64,000 nt of DNA. Origin: Candidatus Micrarchaeia archaeon. GTDB taxonomy: Archaea; Micrarchaeota; Micrarchaeia; CABMEP01. Below the pieces are notes generated by a model. It did not search any database. It had not been told where the DNA came from and was given only the letters and a program-made list of their open reading frames with translations. Where the stretch lies: assembly GCA_038881595.1 (NCBI GenBank), contig JAVZPM010000001.1:32001-96000 (forward strand). Reading direction: 5' to 3'. Both the position numbers and the translations under genes were made by a program. Below, piece after piece: positions 27,430 through 36,230 of the stretch. Within the stretch, counting starts at the first letter, position 1. Each line of letters begins with the position of its first letter.

Positions 27430-28638
27430 TCACTGCGTCTGTTCTTTTATCTTTGTGTAGATAACATATATTATTACTGCAAAAGCAAATATACTTATGA
27501 AAGTTAACCATGAGAAGCCTTTTGTTGCTTTCTCTATTTCTTTTTCTACTTTAAACGAAACATAGTAGACATTTGAATAATTTGCAGAATTTCCTTGAGA
27601 ATCTGTAGCGATTATAGTATAATTGATCTCATCATTTCCTTCCATTGATATGGAAGTCTCATATCTATCGTTGCCTACGAAAAACATCTTCTGACCTAGC
27701 GACTGTGATGTGTTAGAAGTGTAAGAAAGTATTGGGTTTGAAGATATCCCAGATGCATACCTTCCTCCATCTACAACAACAGCAGAAATATACACCCTAT
27801 TATTTGCAACTCTTGTCTCTACATCTCGTATTATTGGCGGGGTTAGATCATATCTTAAGATAACATTATCTGATGAAATAGTGGTACTTATCTGCTTAGT
27901 AATGTTATTTACTGTAACGTAGAAAGTTGGTTTTAAATCAGAGAAAGACTTGAAAACTACGTAGCTGTTTTCAAGCAATTTTTCTTCTTCTCCGTATCTT
28001 ATCTTTCCATATAATGAATTTCCATTCTCATCTGTCAAGCTTACTTTAAGATCATATATTGGAAGAGAAACATAGGTAACTTGCTTAATAGAAGGATTAA
28101 CTGATGTCTTTGTTGATACTGAACCATACTGAACTGTGAAATCTGATAGCATTGCAGCTGGCAAAAGTATAAATGCATTTCCTCCGCCATCTGTGGTGTA
28201 TGTTACATTGAAGGCTGTTACGTTAGCACCCTGAATTGTATTATTTACTGCATTTCTTACGCTGACTATGTGTGAAATAAAAGGCAGCCAGAGCTGATAG
28301 TTTTTGTTTGTCTTATTTACATCACCAATTGTTGAATTGCTATATCCTCCAAAATCAGCACGGATTGTATATATTCTTTCTATGCATTTTCCAAATGATT
28401 CATCAACCGTATTCATAAATGAGAATGAAACCATTCCGGATTCATTTGTTTTCTTTGTCAGTTCTGAATGCTCTCCGCATTTGCTTGATTGATATATGAC
28501 AGTTACAGGAACGTTTTTCATTGGCAATCCGTCTTTAGAATAAACAGTTACATTTATTGATTCATGCCAAAAAGCAAAAGCCAAAGATGAGATGAATAAT
28601 AGAAGCACAAATGTGGTGATTTGCTTTGCCATTAACAC
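27430..28638 (-). CDS. Secreted/surface protein with beta-sandwich repeats and a C-terminal TM anchor
   Basis: Signal peptide; repeated V.V...G..+.GA.V / TDxxG motifs; many N-x-S/T sequons; C-terminal TM. Confidence 0.7.
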   Translation of the reverse strand: MLMAKQITTFVLLLFISSLAFAFWHESINVTVYSKDGLPMKNVPVTVIYQSSKCGEHSELTKKTNESGMVSFSFMNTVDESFGKCIERIYTIRADFGGYSNSTIGDVNKTNKNYQLWLPFISHIVSVRNAVNNTIQGANVTAFNVTYTTDGGGNAFILLPAAMLSDFTVQYGSVSTKTSVNPSIKQVTYVSLPIYDLKVSLTDENGNSLYGKIRYGEEEKLLENSYVVFKSFSDLKPTFYVTVNNITKQISTTISSDNVILRYDLTPPIIRDVETRVANNRVYISAVVVDGGRYASGISSNPILSYTSNTSQSLGQKMFFVGNDRYETSISMEGNDEINYTIIATDSQGNSANYSNVYYVSFKVEKEIEKATKGFSWLTFISIFAFAVIIYVIYTKIKEQTQ

Positions 28639-28702
28639 TTACCTCGTTGTGAATCATATTTTCGTATTATAATATTATATCAGTCAGAATTTTAAATCTT
28701 TA

Positions 28703-29332
28703 ATGCAAAGGATTCTCATGGATTTATTAATCATAGCAGAGATCTTCTTTACGGTTTTCCTTCTTAATGCAAATCCAATATTTACAATTCCTACTTGGAT
28801 AGTGGTTGCTTTCTTTGCTGGAAAAACAGATCCTGTTCTACTTATTCCAATCATAGTTATTGCTATATTTGCTTCTGCAATAGGTAGATATGTTCTTGCA
28901 TCTTACTCTAAAAACATAGGAGACAAGGTGCTTCCGAAGAGACAGAAACGTAATATTGAATATCTCAAAGAATTTTTTATTGAAATCGAGAATCCTAAAA
29001 TAGCGTTTATAATTGCATTTCTTTATGCTTTAAGCCCTCTTCCAACAAATGCTTTGTTTGTAGTGGCAGGAATAGCACATCTCAGAATATTGACGCTTAT
29101 TGGAGGGTTCTTCTTAGGAGAACTCCTTTCTAATATAGTATACATAACTGTGCTGGAAACAGCGCTTGAGCAAGTTACATTTTCAACATATGAATATCTT
29201 CTGATGGGAATCATTGGAGTTGGAATCGCAATAGCAATATTCATTATAGACTGGAAAAAGATCATCAAGTCACTTGTTCAAAGAGAACTTGAAAAGAAGA
29301 GCCATTCTGCCATAAGAGAGATGTTTAAATAA
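28703..29332 (+). CDS. DedA/VTT-like membrane protein
   Basis: ASAIGRY and ALSPLPTN motifs; multiple TM helices. Confidence 0.6.
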   Translation: MQRILMDLLIIAEIFFTVFLLNANPIFTIPTWIVVAFFAGKTDPVLLIPIIVIAIFASAIGRYVLASYSKNIGDKVLPKRQKRNIEYLKEFFIEIENPKIAFIIAFLYALSPLPTNALFVVAGIAHLRILTLIGGFFLGELLSNIVYITVLETALEQVTFSTYEYLLMGIIGVGIAIAIFIIDWKKIIKSLVQRELEKKSHSAIREMFK

Positions 29333-29347
29333 GAATTAAATTTTAGA

Positions 29348-29908
29348 TTAAAAGAATAAATTATTCAAAAGCAATCCGAATAGATAGCATATGATTGCTG
29401 TGGCTACAGTTATTCCAGAATAGAACATTCCGGTTTTAATAACATCTTTCTTTATTATGTTTGCATTATAAGCCCCCAATAAAAATGTAACCAATGCTGC
29501 TATTATAACTGCAGATATAAGCGCTTGTTCTAAAGGAAGAAATACAAAGGGAAGACCTATCAAAATATAGATTATGAATGTCGAAACAAACGTAAGTACG
29601 CCGTTTAGAAATAATTCTCCCGTAGTATGAACATGCTGCGTTCTTCCCATTCTTTTCCTCATTATCTGAATGTTGCGCTCTGAAACCTGAGAAAGATAGA
29701 AGCCTGCAGAATTTCCAAACGAATCAGACAGGCCGAAGATAAGTATAGACAAAACTGCAAGAAAAGGATCATTTGTAGCAGTCACTATACCTACTGCAGC
29801 ACCCAATGCGCATATTGAGCCATCTACTAGCCCAAAGGATATGCCTTCCAAACTTGACAAAATTTCAGATTTTGTAAAACTTTTTTTAGTTTCACTGAAT
29901 GATCTCAT
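29348..29908 (-). CDS. VIT1/CCC1 family transporter
   Basis: FGLVDG, SDSFGNSAGFYLSQVSE; ~5 TM helices. Confidence 0.75.
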   Translation of the reverse strand: MRSFSETKKSFTKSEILSSLEGISFGLVDGSICALGAAVGIVTATNDPFLAVLSILIFGLSDSFGNSAGFYLSQVSERNIQIMRKRMGRTQHVHTTGELFLNGVLTFVSTFIIYILIGLPFVFLPLEQALISAVIIAALVTFLLGAYNANIIKKDVIKTGMFYSGITVATAIICYLFGLLLNNLFF

Positions 29909-29982
29909 GATCTACATTTGCATTGAATATTTAAAAGCTTTAAACTACATTATAGAATAGTGCATTCATATAAAGTGATAGC

Positions 29983-30675
29983 TTGAAGATTATAAATCCA
30001 AAATTAAAAATAAAAAATGTAAAGGAAAATATTACTGCTAAGATAAGTACCAAATTAAAAAATGTTAAAAATGTAAAATTCAAAAAACCATATACTGACA
30101 ATCGATTCATACTACTTTCTATTCTTACATCCGCCCCAATAACTTCAGTCTTTCTAGCATATTTCTTTTCATTCCATTCTCCTTATGGGACAGGCATGAT
30201 AAGTCCTTTAAGCTCTTTCTTACTTGCAGGTGTTTTCTTCTCTTTGCTTCCAGGAATGGCAATACTCTACTACAGCAGGAAAGGAAAGGTTGATGTTGAA
30301 TTATCTGAAAGAGAATCTAGGACTCGCTTCTATTTAATGGCTGCAATACTCCAGTTGATTGCTGCTATTATATTCTATACATTTGAACATAAAATAATGT
30401 TCATAACTTCAATTGCATATGCAGTTGCAACAATACTTATGATGTTGATAAATCTAAAATGGAAGATAAGTGCACATGCAAGTGGTATTGCTGGTCCAGT
30501 AACTGCACTTTATGTTGTCTATGGAGAAATAGCACTTCCTCTCTATCTTTTACTTATTCCTATTTTTGCACTTAGATATAAAGTAAAAGCACATACTATA
30601 TGGCAGTTGATAGCTGGTTCTGTTTTATCTATAATTGTTACTTATACTATATTCAGCTTAATGCTATCTGCATAG
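29983..30675 (+). CDS. PAP2-like membrane protein
   Basis: WKISAHASG and R..VKAHTIWQLIAG motifs. Confidence 0.65.
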   Translation: MKIINPKLKIKNVKENITAKISTKLKNVKNVKFKKPYTDNRFILLSILTSAPITSVFLAYFFSFHSPYGTGMISPLSSFLLAGVFFSLLPGMAILYYSRKGKVDVELSERESRTRFYLMAAILQLIAAIIFYTFEHKIMFITSIAYAVATILMMLINLKWKISAHASGIAGPVTALYVVYGEIALPLYLLLIPIFALRYKVKAHTIWQLIAGSVLSIIVTYTIFSLMLSA

Positions 30676-30695
30676 AAATATTAGAGTTTATATTA

Positions 30696-30908
30696 CTATT
30701 CAACTTCTATAATCTTCTCTCTTGAAAATGCTCCTTTCAAGAGATTTACAGGTTTATGAAAGTATTCCTCTAACATTTTGATTACTTTAAGTGTTGCTTT
30801 TCCCTTCTCTGGCTTCTCTTTTACTCTTACAGTTATTATTCCGTTTTCCCTATCCTTTATTATTTCTTCTCTCTTAGAATTAGGAATGACCTTTACCTTG
30901 AATTTCAT
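30696..30908 (-). CDS. DUF167 (YggU-like) protein
   Basis: VKVIPNS...VRVKEKPEKGKA...GAFSREK. Confidence 0.85.
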   Translation of the reverse strand: MKFKVKVIPNSKREEIIKDRENGIITVRVKEKPEKGKATLKVIKMLEEYFHKPVNLLKGAFSREKIIEVE

Positions 30909-30931
30909 ATGTACACCAGAATAAAAAGAAA

Positions 30932-31171
30932 TTATAAATGAAATATCTGATCAAGTAAGCCTTTCAATATAAACATTGCTCCGATTATTATCAGAAATCC
31001 AGGACATACAAGACCGAGATCAATAAGTCCGACTGTGACTGCATACCAAAGAACCCCTATCAAAAGAATAATAAGTCCTGCCCAAACAAGACTCTCATTC
31101 TTTCTCCTTCTCCAACTCTTGTCCCATGCCTTACCCCATTTCTCCCAGTCAAATTCTTCATCCTTTGCCAT
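30932..31171 (-). CDS. Small membrane protein
   Basis: Start at MAKDEEFDWEKWG; two TM helices; the upstream part of the ORF-track call overlaps dus. Confidence 0.65.
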   Translation of the reverse strand: MAKDEEFDWEKWGKAWDKSWRRRKNESLVWAGLIILLIGVLWYAVTVGLIDLGLVCPGFLIIIGAMFILKGLLDQIFHL

Positions 31172-31244
31172 AAGAATCACAGATATAATTTGAGAAATAT
31201 ATTTAAAACAATTGTGATTACTATCAGATATAAATAGTGAGCAA

Positions 31245-32153
31245 ATGAAGATTGCTAGATTCTCTCTTGCGCCAATACACGAATATACAAATGCCGCATT
31301 TAGACTTATTAGCGAGCGACACAAATGTAAAATGACGTTTGTTCCGCTAGTCAACGTTACTGCTGTCTCAAAAGGAAAATTTATTCCATTCATAAGTGAA
31401 GAAGAAAAAAACGTAACAGTTCAGCTTTCAGGATCAAAACCAGATGAATTTAAAGAAGCTATCAAAGTAATCGAAAAGAAGTATCCGTTTATAAAGGGAT
31501 TCAACATAAATGCCGGCTGCCCTTCACATACTACAATGAAAACAGGTGCTGGAAGCGCTCTTATGAAAAATTATCACCTCCTCTTTCAAATAATTAAGGA
31601 GTGCAAAAAAGAAACAACTCTTCCTGTTTCAGTTAAGACAAGAATTTTTAGTGAAAAGGAAAAAACGATTGAATTCTATAAAGGTATAGAAGATTCAGGT
31701 GCTGATTTTCTTATTGTTCATGGAAGAACTGTAAAACAAGGGTATTCAGGAAATGTCGATTGGAATATCATAAAAACAGCAAATGAGGAGATGGAAATAC
31801 CTGTAGTTGGAAATGGCAATGTGAGAAATCTTGAAGAAGGAAAAGAAAAAATAAAAAATGGATTTTGCAGTGGGATAATGATCGGAAGGGCTGCGCTTCA
31901 AAACCCAAGAGTATTTGAAGGTAAGAATGAACTTACGAATAGAGAGAGAATTGAAACAGCTCTAGAATATTATAAAATATGTGAAAATCTAGGTTTAATA
32001 GACCTAAATAACATAAAATTAGTCTACTCTCAAATTTTTAAAGGAATGAAGAATGCAAGTAAATTAAGAGAAGAAATTATGAAATCAAAATCTATTGAGA
32101 AGATTAAAGATTTATTAGATGAATTAGAAAAAAATGGGGACACATGGATTTAA
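31245..32153 (+). CDS. dus: tRNA-dihydrouridine synthase family protein
   Basis: LAP, VQLSG, NINAGCP, GAGSALM, VSVKTR, VHGRT, GNGN and MIGRAA motifs. Confidence 0.92.
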   Translation: MKIARFSLAPIHEYTNAAFRLISERHKCKMTFVPLVNVTAVSKGKFIPFISEEEKNVTVQLSGSKPDEFKEAIKVIEKKYPFIKGFNINAGCPSHTTMKTGAGSALMKNYHLLFQIIKECKKETTLPVSVKTRIFSEKEKTIEFYKGIEDSGADFLIVHGRTVKQGYSGNVDWNIIKTANEEMEIPVVGNGNVRNLEEGKEKIKNGFCSGIMIGRAALQNPRVFEGKNELTNRERIETALEYYKICENLGLIDLNNIKLVYSQIFKGMKNASKLREEIMKSKSIEKIKDLLDELEKNGDTWI

Positions 32154-32154
32154 A

Positions 32155-32766
32155 CTAAATAACTTCGCGTGAAGTCAAGAACTTCATTAGCGTATTTTTC
32201 TTATGTGGTATTTGAATAGCTGGGTAAATAAATCTCTTTACAAATTCTATATTCTTTTTCGACACGTAAAATTCGATATTATATGCCCTATCATAATAGA
32301 CGCCTACATAACAACCGAGAATTTTCTCAATTTTTTGTTTTAGTTTCTCTTGCTTTATGCTGTCTGTTATTTTTATTCTGCATTGTGGATGCTTTGGACG
32401 CTTTATACAGATATTGCCATCACCATCAATCAACCCGGCAAGATAACTTCCGAATAAACTATTATCTGAAAAAATCCATTTTGGAAGAAATCCCTTCTTA
32501 ATGCCCAAGGAATTGAAAAGTGTCGCGCTTCTTTTTATGCTAGTTTGAAGATAATATATTTCCTGTCTCCTTCTTTTTTGTATTTTTGTCCATTTGCCGA
32601 ACTGTGTTTGTAAGATAGTTTGAACTCTTTGAATCATTGGCAGAGACTTCTCACTAACATTAAAAACAATTCTTAAATAGTTCTTATTACTTTTCTTATC
32701 ATGAAACGTATAAATGTATCCGTCACTATGAAGTACTCCGATAAAATATGCGATATCGCTATTCAC
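32155..32766 (-). CDS. Free-standing double-motif LAGLIDADG endonuclease
   Basis: AYFIGVLHSDG and SYLAGLIDGDG motifs; probable GTG start at 32766, just downstream of tRNA-Trp. Confidence 0.85.
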   Translation of the reverse strand: MNSDIAYFIGVLHSDGYIYTFHDKKSNKNYLRIVFNVSEKSLPMIQRVQTILQTQFGKWTKIQKRRRQEIYYLQTSIKRSATLFNSLGIKKGFLPKWIFSDNSLFGSYLAGLIDGDGNICIKRPKHPQCRIKITDSIKQEKLKQKIEKILGCYVGVYYDRAYNIEFYVSKKNIEFVKRFIYPAIQIPHKKNTLMKFLTSREVI

Positions 32767-32787
32767 ACTGATCACTAAAAATATTAG

Positions 32788-32899
32788 TGGGGCTAGCGAG
32801 ATTTGAACTCGCACCTTTAGGTTTCTTCATATCATCGCTTTCTAGCTCAGCGCTCCATTTTCTGGAGCCTAACGCGCTGCCTGGTTACGCCATAGCCCC
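32788..32899 (-). tRNA. tRNA-Trp(CCA) with a 39-nt intron at 37/38 (32823-32861)
   Basis: GGGGCTA/TAGCCCC-A acceptor stem; TTAGG-CTCCAG^A-CCTAA arm; GTTCAAAT T-loop. Confidence 0.93.
32823..32861 (-). ncRNA. Intron-encoded minimal box C/D guide predicted for Cm34 of tRNA-Trp
   Basis: TGGAGC antisense to tRNA positions 31-36, then G-CTGA (D box), GCT-AGAA-AGC hairpin and a GATGATA C-like box. Confidence 0.7.
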
Positions 32900-32932
32900 T
32901 TCAATAAATATAAGCTAAATAAAATTTTTAAT

Positions 32933-34330
32933 TTATCTTTTTAGAGATTGTTTTGGATTTTGTTCTGCTATGTAGTGTACGATTTTATCAAGCGCCTCTT
33001 TAAGATACCCTTGTTTTAATCTAAGTGCAGCTGCTGCCTTATGTCCTCCACCTGATTCTATAACGTTAAGCATTTCACTTTTCAATTTTGAAATTGCTTT
33101 TGAAAGATCTAATCCAAATTCAAGCGCTGCCTGATTCAATCTGAAGCTAATATTCCTTCCGGTATAAACTATTGTAACTGTTGGGGTTTTTCTATTTCCT
33201 AATAAATCTGCCATTATGTTTGCTGCCAAACCTTTATTTGGATATGAACCTTTCTTTATATGCTTTGTAACATCGACAAAGAAAAAGGTTATTCCATTTA
33301 TTGTCTTTGATTTAGTGGTGTTCTTTGCTTTTTCCAGAAAAGTTTGAATCTTTTCCTGAGATTGTGCATAAGCAAAATCCAACATTTCTTCATCTTCTAT
33401 CGCCTTTGCATATTGTGCAATATTATTTTCATACGCAGATGTACCTATGAAATAACCTACTGCTTCTGCGTTTTTAAGATCAGATTTTGTAGGACTATAT
33501 ATCTTACTTCTATCTGCAGTTAAAGAGATCCTAATTAGATTGTCAGCTATTTTTTTATTGATGTTTCCTATCTTCTTTGCTATTTCTGTTGCTAATAATC
33601 CTGCAGTATATGAAGATGGATTTTTTATATTAAATAACCATGGAGAAACGATAGCTTCAAATAATTCTTTCATAGCAGGTTTTTGTGGAGGGTGATGATC
33701 TATAACAAGAATTGAAAATCCATAATCCTTAGCAAGTCTATAAGCTTCTTCGCTTTCAGGATTAAAACCAAAATCAACTGTCACCAATACTGGAGGAAGA
33801 TGTTTTGCCTCTAAATTCTCTATATATCGTCTATCCTCTTCGAAATCTAATCTATTATAAAATGGAAATTGCTGAGATATGAATTTTATATTATAATAAT
33901 CTTTTAATGCATAAAAAAGAGAAACTGCGCCCGTTAGACCATCTTGATCTGTATCATATCTTATGATTATAGGTCTTTTAAGTACGCAAGCTTCTTTTAT
34001 ATATTTAGCAGCATCATAAATAGAAGATGATAACATTTCCATATCTTGATTTTCAAAAAAGAATTTAGTGTTCTTTGGTTTTGATTTTTCTTTTATGAAA
34101 TTGAGAATAGAATTCATCTCATTTTTCTCTGGTTTTTGAACGAATTCAATCTTGGTTGGGTGAATTTCAACTGTGTCTTCATCTATTTTTATTATATCTC
34201 CTACTATATCAAACCAGGACCCTGGAGACAACTCTCTGTTTGTTTTTATAATTGCATTTCCTTTTGAGGTTATAGCAAAATGAAATGTATTTTTCTCCGC
34301 TTTTTTTGCGTAAAGTATATAACTAAGCAT
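32933..34330 (-). CDS. DHH/DHHA1 family (RecJ-like) phosphoesterase
   Basis: DTDQDG, VDFG, IDHH and GGGH motifs; N-terminal OB-like region. Confidence 0.85.
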   Translation of the reverse strand: MLSYILYAKKAEKNTFHFAITSKGNAIIKTNRELSPGSWFDIVGDIIKIDEDTVEIHPTKIEFVQKPEKNEMNSILNFIKEKSKPKNTKFFFENQDMEMLSSSIYDAAKYIKEACVLKRPIIIRYDTDQDGLTGAVSLFYALKDYYNIKFISQQFPFYNRLDFEEDRRYIENLEAKHLPPVLVTVDFGFNPESEEAYRLAKDYGFSILVIDHHPPQKPAMKELFEAIVSPWLFNIKNPSSYTAGLLATEIAKKIGNINKKIADNLIRISLTADRSKIYSPTKSDLKNAEAVGYFIGTSAYENNIAQYAKAIEDEEMLDFAYAQSQEKIQTFLEKAKNTTKSKTINGITFFFVDVTKHIKKGSYPNKGLAANIMADLLGNRKTPTVTIVYTGRNISFRLNQAALEFGLDLSKAISKLKSEMLNVIESGGGHKAAAALRLKQGYLKEALDKIVHYIAEQNPKQSLKR

Positions 34331-34403
34331 GCAGATATATCTATGTAAATGATTTTATATGTTCCTCTCTCTTAAGTTATGTATCTAACAATATGGTGTA
34401 CAT

Positions 34404-35312
34404 ATGTCTATTAAATCTCGAATTTTTAATAAAGGAAGTATTCCAGTAGAACTATTTGATTTAAACGTGACATTGAGCAGTGGACAGGTTTTCGGTTGGA
34501 AAAGAATGGGTGAATGGTGGATTGGCGAGATTTATGGAAATATTGTAAAATTAAGGCAAAAATCAAACAGATTAGAATTCGAGTTGTTATATGGCAAAGA
34601 AAGAAATATTAAAAAGCAGATAAAGAAATATTTCACTTTAGACATCTCTTCAAAAAAAATCAAGGATATTTATGTCGAACTTTCTAAAGATAGAATACTA
34701 AAAAACGCAATAAAAGAATTCAAAGGACTTAGAATCATCAGACAAGAACCATGGTACTGTACTGCAACATTTGTGTGCAGCAGCTTTTCAAACATTCCTA
34801 GAATAGAAAAAATGATTGAAAAAATAAAAGAAACGCATGGAACAGAAATAAACAAAGAACAACGACTATATCTATTTCCATCTATAAAAGATATAAGAAA
34901 ATCTGATTTGTCCAAGCTAAGAAAATGTGGCCTTGGATTTAGAGATAAATACTTACATGAAATAGCAAAAAGAACTTCTGAAAAATGGTTTAAAGAAATC
35001 GAAAAGAAAGAATATAAAACTGGAAAAGAAAAATTAACTAGATTGCCAGGTGTAGGAGAAAAGGTTGCAGACTGCATTTTGTTGTTTGGCTATGGAAAAG
35101 GAGAGGCATTTCCGATAGATGTATGGATAGGTAGGATTATGAAGAAGTTGTATAACAAAGAGATAAAAAATTATCTTGAAAAAAACGGAAGAAAAACAGA
35201 TAAAATAACAGATAAAGATATTAGAGAATTTGCAATGCATAAATGGAATGGAAATGCAGGACTGGCACAACAATTCCTTTATATGTATGCAAGAAAGCAT
35301 AAAATAAGATGA
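34404..35312 (+). CDS. 8-oxoguanine DNA glycosylase (Ogg1-like, HhH-GPD)
   Basis: TLSSGQVFGW, GLRIIRQEPW, GLGFR, LPGVGEKVADC, FPIDVW and AGLAQQFL motifs. Confidence 0.9.
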   Translation: MSIKSRIFNKGSIPVELFDLNVTLSSGQVFGWKRMGEWWIGEIYGNIVKLRQKSNRLEFELLYGKERNIKKQIKKYFTLDISSKKIKDIYVELSKDRILKNAIKEFKGLRIIRQEPWYCTATFVCSSFSNIPRIEKMIEKIKETHGTEINKEQRLYLFPSIKDIRKSDLSKLRKCGLGFRDKYLHEIAKRTSEKWFKEIEKKEYKTGKEKLTRLPGVGEKVADCILLFGYGKGEAFPIDVWIGRIMKKLYNKEIKNYLEKNGRKTDKITDKDIREFAMHKWNGNAGLAQQFLYMYARKHKIR

Positions 35313-35346
35313 TTTATTACTATCAATCTTTTGATTATAGGTTGCG

Positions 35347-36177
35347 TCATCTTACATATTGTTTTAACCATGCTTCAATCTTGTTTAAGATGTAGTTTCT
35401 TGTTTTTCTATCTGAAAGCAACTCCATACCGTGCATCTCTCCATCCAAAAAATCAACACATATGTTTGGTGATCCACAGAGCTTCTGGATATGCTGGGTA
35501 CTTACAAAAGAATATTGATCCCCTTTACTAGCAAAAATAAAAATTGGCACTTTTATGTCTGGGATGGAGTAATCTATTTTAACTCCTCTGTAATCTATAC
35601 CTGGAGAAAGAAGTATTGCGGTTTTTATCTGTGGATCCATTGCCAAATAATTCAGTGCTACATTTGCACCTATACTTGCCCCAATTATACCTATTGCTTT
35701 TGTTTTGTGAGCTGCAAGAAATTCCTTTGCTGCTTTTGCATCATAAACCATATTTGCAAAGTCTTTAGATCTGAAAGATTGCCAATTCAATGCGCTACCG
35801 CCGTGCCCTCTATAATCGACTGCTACCGCTTTATATCCTAATTTGCATACAAATTGAGCTAAACTATCCATTGATTCTTTAGTCTTTCCTAAAACTGGAA
35901 GGAGTATTATTCCTTTATCAGTATTTGGAGTATCATAAAAGTTTAGTTTTATATCAACACCATCTGGAGTTATTACTTCAAATTGCTTTGGTGAAATGCC
36001 CTTGCTTAGTTTTATTTGGCTTAAAATCTTTTTCTCTTTTAGATTCTTTATTTTTGGTAATTTTGAAGAAATCTTAGCTCTTATATTCTTTATGATATGT
36101 TTTATCTTATGGTGCTTCTTCTTTGAATTATTCTTCTTTTTCCCCAATTTAATTTTTTTTAATAATCCTTTTACCAT
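35347..36177 (-). CDS. Alpha/beta hydrolase
   Basis: DYRGHG, GASIG nucleophile elbow, LLSPG, GD and HG motifs. Confidence 0.88.
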   Translation of the reverse strand: MVKGLLKKIKLGKKKNNSKKKHHKIKHIIKNIRAKISSKLPKIKNLKEKKILSQIKLSKGISPKQFEVITPDGVDIKLNFYDTPNTDKGIILLPVLGKTKESMDSLAQFVCKLGYKAVAVDYRGHGGSALNWQSFRSKDFANMVYDAKAAKEFLAAHKTKAIGIIGASIGANVALNYLAMDPQIKTAILLSPGIDYRGVKIDYSIPDIKVPIFIFASKGDQYSFVSTQHIQKLCGSPNICVDFLDGEMHGMELLSDRKTRNYILNKIEAWLKQYVR

Positions 36178-36230
36178 GATTTCACCCTAATATCGAATTA
36201 CAGTTATAAAATGAAAATTAAAATTTACAG

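Noticed and set aside
32155..32899. LAGLIDADG ORF as a tRNA-intron-encoded or intein-embedded endonuclease
   Set aside because: tRNA-Trp is complete before the ORF, no second 5' tRNA half was found, and no intein splicing motifs or host gene are present.
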